From NCBI GenBank assembly GCA_963560095.1, contig CAUWNE010000003.1:4828-68827 (forward strand): DNA of 64,000 nucleotides. The letters are read 5' to 3'. The notes below the pieces were generated by a model. The model saw nothing but the letters and a program-made list of their open reading frames with translations. It did not search any database and was not told the origin of the DNA. The stretch comes from an uncultured Dysosmobacter sp. Lineage in GTDB: Bacteria > Bacillota > Clostridia > Oscillospirales > Oscillospiraceae. This document shows, one piece after another, positions 62,761-64,000 of this stretch. The translations under genes and the position numbers were made by a program. Every line of letters begins with the position of its first letter. The first letter of the stretch is position 1.

Positions 62761-63816
62761 ATGGCGATCAACTATGCCACCAAATACGCGACCAAGATCG
62801 CGGAGCGATTCAAGAAGGCCTCCGTCACGGACGATGACTGCGGCCACGAATACACTTGGGTAGACCCCAAGAGCAAGACCATCCGGGTGGGCAGCGTGAA
62901 CACCGTTCCTGAGACGGAGTACAAGCGCAGCGGCGACGCCCGATTCGGCGAGACCTACGACGTGGGCGACACCCTCCAGGAGATGACCTGCGAGAAGTCC
63001 CCCGCCTTTTCGTTCACCATCGACGCCCTGGACGGCACGGATCAGGCCATTGAGAAGTCCGCCGCCCGGGCCCTGCGGCGTCAGCTGGACGAGGTGACCA
63101 TCCCCAACATGGACAAGCACCGCCTGAAGAAGTGGTGCATGGGCGCCAACATCCAGAAGCTGGAGGCCACCGCCCCCACCAAGGCCACTATCGGCGGCCT
63201 CATCATCGACCTGAACGCCATGATGACCGACGCTCTGGTGCCCCTGGACAAGCGGACCATCTACGTCGGCACGGAGTATTACAAGCTCCTGAAGCAGAAC
63301 CCCGACTGGCTGGGCATCGATGCCCTGGGCAAGGCAGCTCTTGCCAAGGGCGTTGTAGGTGAGTTCGACGGCTGCCGGGTCAAGCCCATCCCCTCCAGCT
63401 ACATGCCTGCGGGCGTGTACTTCTTCATCAAGTACAAGGGCAGCACGGTGGACCCCGTGAAGCTCCAGCAGTATGACATCCTGCCCAAGGTGAAGGGCTA
63501 TTCCGGCCCTGTGGTCCAGGGTGTGACCTACTACGACAGCTTCGTTCTGGGCGCCAAGGGCGACGGCATCGCCGTGTGCGGCGCGGCCTCTGCCATCCTG
63601 GCGGCTCCCACCATGAGCATCAGCGGTCACGCTGTGACCATCAACGCCTCTGGCGGCGTGGTGTTCAAGTACACGACTGACGGCACCAACCCCCGATACA
63701 GCGAGTCCGCTCAGGTGTACAGCTCTCCCGTTACCCTGACTGCCGACCAGACCCTGCGGGCTGTCGGCACCAAGGACGGCTGCTGCGGCATCGAGGGCCA
63801 GAAGGCATACGAGTGA
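62761..63816 (+). CDS. Phage major capsid protein with C-terminal Ig-like extension
   Basis: 351 aa. Position after the scaffold gene. C-terminus TMSISGHAVTINASGGVVFKYTTDGTNPRYS...TLTADQTLRAVG resembles a decoration/Ig-like domain. Hairpin after the stop. Confidence 0.7.
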   Translation: MAINYATKYATKIAERFKKASVTDDDCGHEYTWVDPKSKTIRVGSVNTVPETEYKRSGDARFGETYDVGDTLQEMTCEKSPAFSFTIDALDGTDQAIEKSAARALRRQLDEVTIPNMDKHRLKKWCMGANIQKLEATAPTKATIGGLIIDLNAMMTDALVPLDKRTIYVGTEYYKLLKQNPDWLGIDALGKAALAKGVVGEFDGCRVKPIPSSYMPAGVYFFIKYKGSTVDPVKLQQYDILPKVKGYSGPVVQGVTYYDSFVLGAKGDGIAVCGAASAILAAPTMSISGHAVTINASGGVVFKYTTDGTNPRYSESAQVYSSPVTLTADQTLRAVGTKDGCCGIEGQKAYE

Positions 63817-63885
63817 TTCAAAGAGGCCCCCGCTTTGGGGGCCTCTTTCCCAAAACAGATTCTCGGAAAGGTGAGCGCACTGACC

Positions 63886-64000
63886 ATGGGCTATCAGAAA
63901 TTTCAAAACAGAGGCGGGGCCGTTCGGATCGACCTGGGGGACCTAAACCCCAAGCAGAAGCTGTTCTGCCAGAGCCGGAGCCGCTACACCGCCTACGGCG
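63886..64000 (+). CDS. terL: Phage terminase large subunit, N-terminal fragment (continues beyond window)
   Basis: LNPKQKLFCQSRSRYTAYG matches the region just before the terL Walker A motif. Truncated by the window end. Confidence 0.55.
   Translation, partial: MGYQKFQNRGGAVRIDLGDLNPKQKLFCQSRSRYTAYG

Larger units (their letters stand above)
56800..64000. mobile_element. Phage-like region (prophage or phage-derived island), right end outside window
   Basis: Contains terS, scaffold-like, major-capsid-like and terL-start genes, an RHH regulator with operators, a tRNA-like gene, and a tightly coupled module of small genes. No integrase or att site seen in the window. Confidence 0.7.

Overview
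High-G+C Firmicute-type chromosome segment. From gene content and synteny it is probably a Clostridia / Oscillospiraceae-like organism, but that placement is inference only. About 56 kb is conserved housekeeping: ftsX-M23 peptidase, greA, lysS, dprA, topA, trmFO, plsX-acpP-rnc, uppP, ftsK, nifS-nifU, rsmI, ctsR-clpC, a minus-strand pyrC-K-D-F-E-B-I operon, pgm, rlmH, murA, a WalRK-like two-component cluster, smpB and a cyclophilin. The last ~7 kb (56.8-64 kb) is phage-like: a leftward module of small genes, divergent operators, an RHH regulator, a tRNA-like gene, terS, scaffold, capsid and the start of terL.

The features that ordinary annotation does not explain are:
- **Multi-hairpin intergenic elements.** Three sit directly after topA, ftsK and clpC. 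Each is bracketed by two copies of a local hairpin, and two of them are homologous with compensatory stem changes.
- **Possible large phage ncRNA.** A ~0.8 kb ORF-free, C-tract then G-tract region lies inside the phage-like region, immediately upstream of the tRNA-like gene.
- **Cysteine-rich small protein.** A monocistronic 112-aa protein with 13 cysteines.
- **Tandem repeat in the pyr operon.** Two copies of a 113-bp structured repeat lie between pyrE and pyrB.
- **Split surface protein.** An SLH-anchored surface protein is broken by a frameshift in its Pro-rich linker, and its 5' part is low in G+C.
- **Pentanucleotide microsatellite.** A (CTCTG)10 tract.

Many long alternate-frame ORFs in the supplied track are high-GC artefacts and were ignored. 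All functional calls rest on motif recognition by eye; no database search was run.
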